From: Lingula anatina
Lineage: Eukaryota; Animalia; Brachiopoda
Direction: 5' to 3'
Assembly (NCBI GenBank): GCA_051362555.1
Contig: CM120645.1
Coordinates: forward strand, 21,824,001-21,888,000
Length of the DNA stretch: 64,000 bases
In this document: piece after piece, positions 62,220 through 64,000 of the stretch
Numbering within the stretch: the stretch's first letter is position 1
Layout of the letters: each line of letters starts with the position of its first letter
Position numbers and translations under genes: made by a program
The notes under the pieces: generated by a model
Database searches by the model: none
What the model was told of the DNA's origin: nothing
The model's input: only the letters and a program-made list of their open reading frames with translations

Positions 62220-64000
62220 ATTTCTCACAGAATCTCTTGGGTGTTTTTATTATTCTCCCACTCCTAGTCATTTTCCCAGAATCTGATTTTTCTTGTTTGA
62301 TGGTCTCTGGATCTGCACATATATTACTTCTGTCAACCTCTGGTTGGAATTTTGTACTTGTTTCCAAACACTGGTTGTTTGGTACTTTGAGAATATGTCT
62401 CCTATTTCTGCGAAACTCACTACCGTGATCACACTCTACATGGTATGAATTTGGTGCATATTCTCTTATTACTGTTGCTGGTTTACTGAATCCTGTTTTT
62501 TTCCTGAAACATGACCCGATCTCCTGACTAGTGCAGGGAGTGGTCTTGCTGCTTTGTCATGAGAGTTTTTCTGTTGTAGTCATTTTTCTGACAGACGGTA
62601 TGTGATCAATTCTTGGCCTGGCTATTTTTCTGTAGCAGTGTCTCACTCATAGGAATGTTAGTTTTGGTGCGCCTCAATAACATACGTTGTGCCGGGTACC
62701 GAGTACAGGATCCTTAACATTTCTGCTATTGAGCAAGCACAAATACGGGTCACCTACTTCCCGGGCTGTTTTCTCGAGTAATCCTTTCGCTGCCTGCACG
62801 GCTCTCTCTGCCAATCCGTTACTGGATGGGAAATGTTGACTACACGTCACTTGACTGAATTTCCAGGAATTGCTGAATTTCTTAAACTTTGTGGAACTGT
62901 ACTGAGGTCCATTGTCTGAAATAACAATGTCTGGTATGCCGAATCTCGCAATATGAGATTTAAGCTTTCTTATTATTGTCATGCTTGCTGTACTGTTACC
63001 TAAAGTGTTAATCTCGTACCAGTTAGTGTAAGAGTCTACAGTTACCATGTAGTTTATGCCTCTCCACTCAAACAAATCTGTGGCTATTATAGACCACGGC
63101 CTTGTAGGTACAACATATGACATCAGCGGCCTCTTCTTCATGGAAAGACATATAGCACAGTTCTCCACTACGTTATCTATGTCTTTCAGCATACTTGGCC
63201 AATACATGTCTTTAGCCCTTGCTCTTGCTGCTTGACATCCTATGTGTCCTTCATGCACTTTCGATACATATTGCTGCTGTAGAGCCACTGGTACAATTAT
63301 TTTGCTTCCTTTCAACACTATTCCATTATCGTAAATGATCTCATCACGGAACGGAAGGTATGGCCTCAGGTCTGCATTACAGCCTTTTTCATTCTTCGGC
63401 CATCCATTTCTCATCGTGTTGCACAACTTCTGTAGCACAGTATCACTGGCTGTTGCTGCTTTTAGCTCTTCCAGTCTGTAGTCAGTGGCTGGTATGATTG
63501 AGAGAACGTCCACATCAGTATCCTCAATCTCACTGCTGGTTTCATTAATGTAGGCTCTGGACAGTGTATCTGCTACGATTAAGTCCTTGTCTTTATTGTA
63601 CGTCAAGTTAATTCTGTATGGTTGTAACTGTAAAAACATACGCTGCAATCTTGCTGGTGCAGTTGCCAATGGTTTCTTCCATATCGAGATAAGTGGCTGG
63701 TGATCAGTCTCGACCGTGATTTCTTTGCCATATATGTAGCCTCTAAACTTTGCGCATGCAAAGACGACTGCTATTAATTCTTTTTCTATCTGCGCAAAAC
63801 GCTTTCCCGTATCTGTCATCGCTCTGGATGCATATGCCACTGGTTTCCCATTCTGTAGACATGTAGCTCTTATGCCTGCTTGTGAAGCGTCACAGTTCAA
63901 CGTGACCTCTTTGGATACATCGTAGTATGCTAGGCATGCATCTTCGCTGATCACCTGCTTGATTGCTTCAAATGCTGTATTGTGGGTATTCTCCTAGACA
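62220..64000 (-). mobile_element. Ty3/Gypsy retrotransposon pol remnant (RNase H, integrase), degenerate, runs off the window end
   Basis: ORF 62674-63954 has RNase H motifs (CDASQAG, VAYASRAM, QIEKELIAVVFA, ETDHQPL, ARLQR, VADTLSR), an integrase zinc finger (HEGH...CAIC) and a DDE core (ATDLF, ISDNGPQY, SNGLAERAVQ). There is an in-frame TAG at ~63994-63996 where Trp is expected. A frameshifted C-terminus (RRNRRHIL...TRSGRIIKTPKRF) ends at ~62220. Confidence 0.93.

Overview
This is AT-rich, intron-containing eukaryotic DNA, most consistent with a marine invertebrate animal; the taxon is inferred and not determined. From left to right it holds: (1) a 3-exon YitH/HolE-type GNAT acetyltransferase gene (-); (2) a galactose-3-O-sulfotransferase gene with an intronless CDS (+); (3) a complete 10-exon MAPKAPK2/3 (MK2) gene (-, 357 aa) whose introns carry several non-autonomous DNA transposons with intact TIRs and TSDs; (4) a ~10.5-11 kb tandem segmental triplication starting just upstream of MK2, each unit carrying a 3-exon gene for a signal-peptide, SMB-like, Cys-rich protein of ~600 aa with a hydrophobic C-terminus; and (5) the 3' part of a decayed Ty3/Gypsy LTR retrotransposon. 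The most interesting candidate is the triplicated gene. It resembles the ectodomain of invertebrate SMB-containing family-B/adhesion-like GPCRs, its 7TM region appears to have decayed into the 3' flank, and the ectodomain ORF stays intact in all three copies. All gene models were read by eye from GT-AG junctions and frame continuity; no database searches were run.
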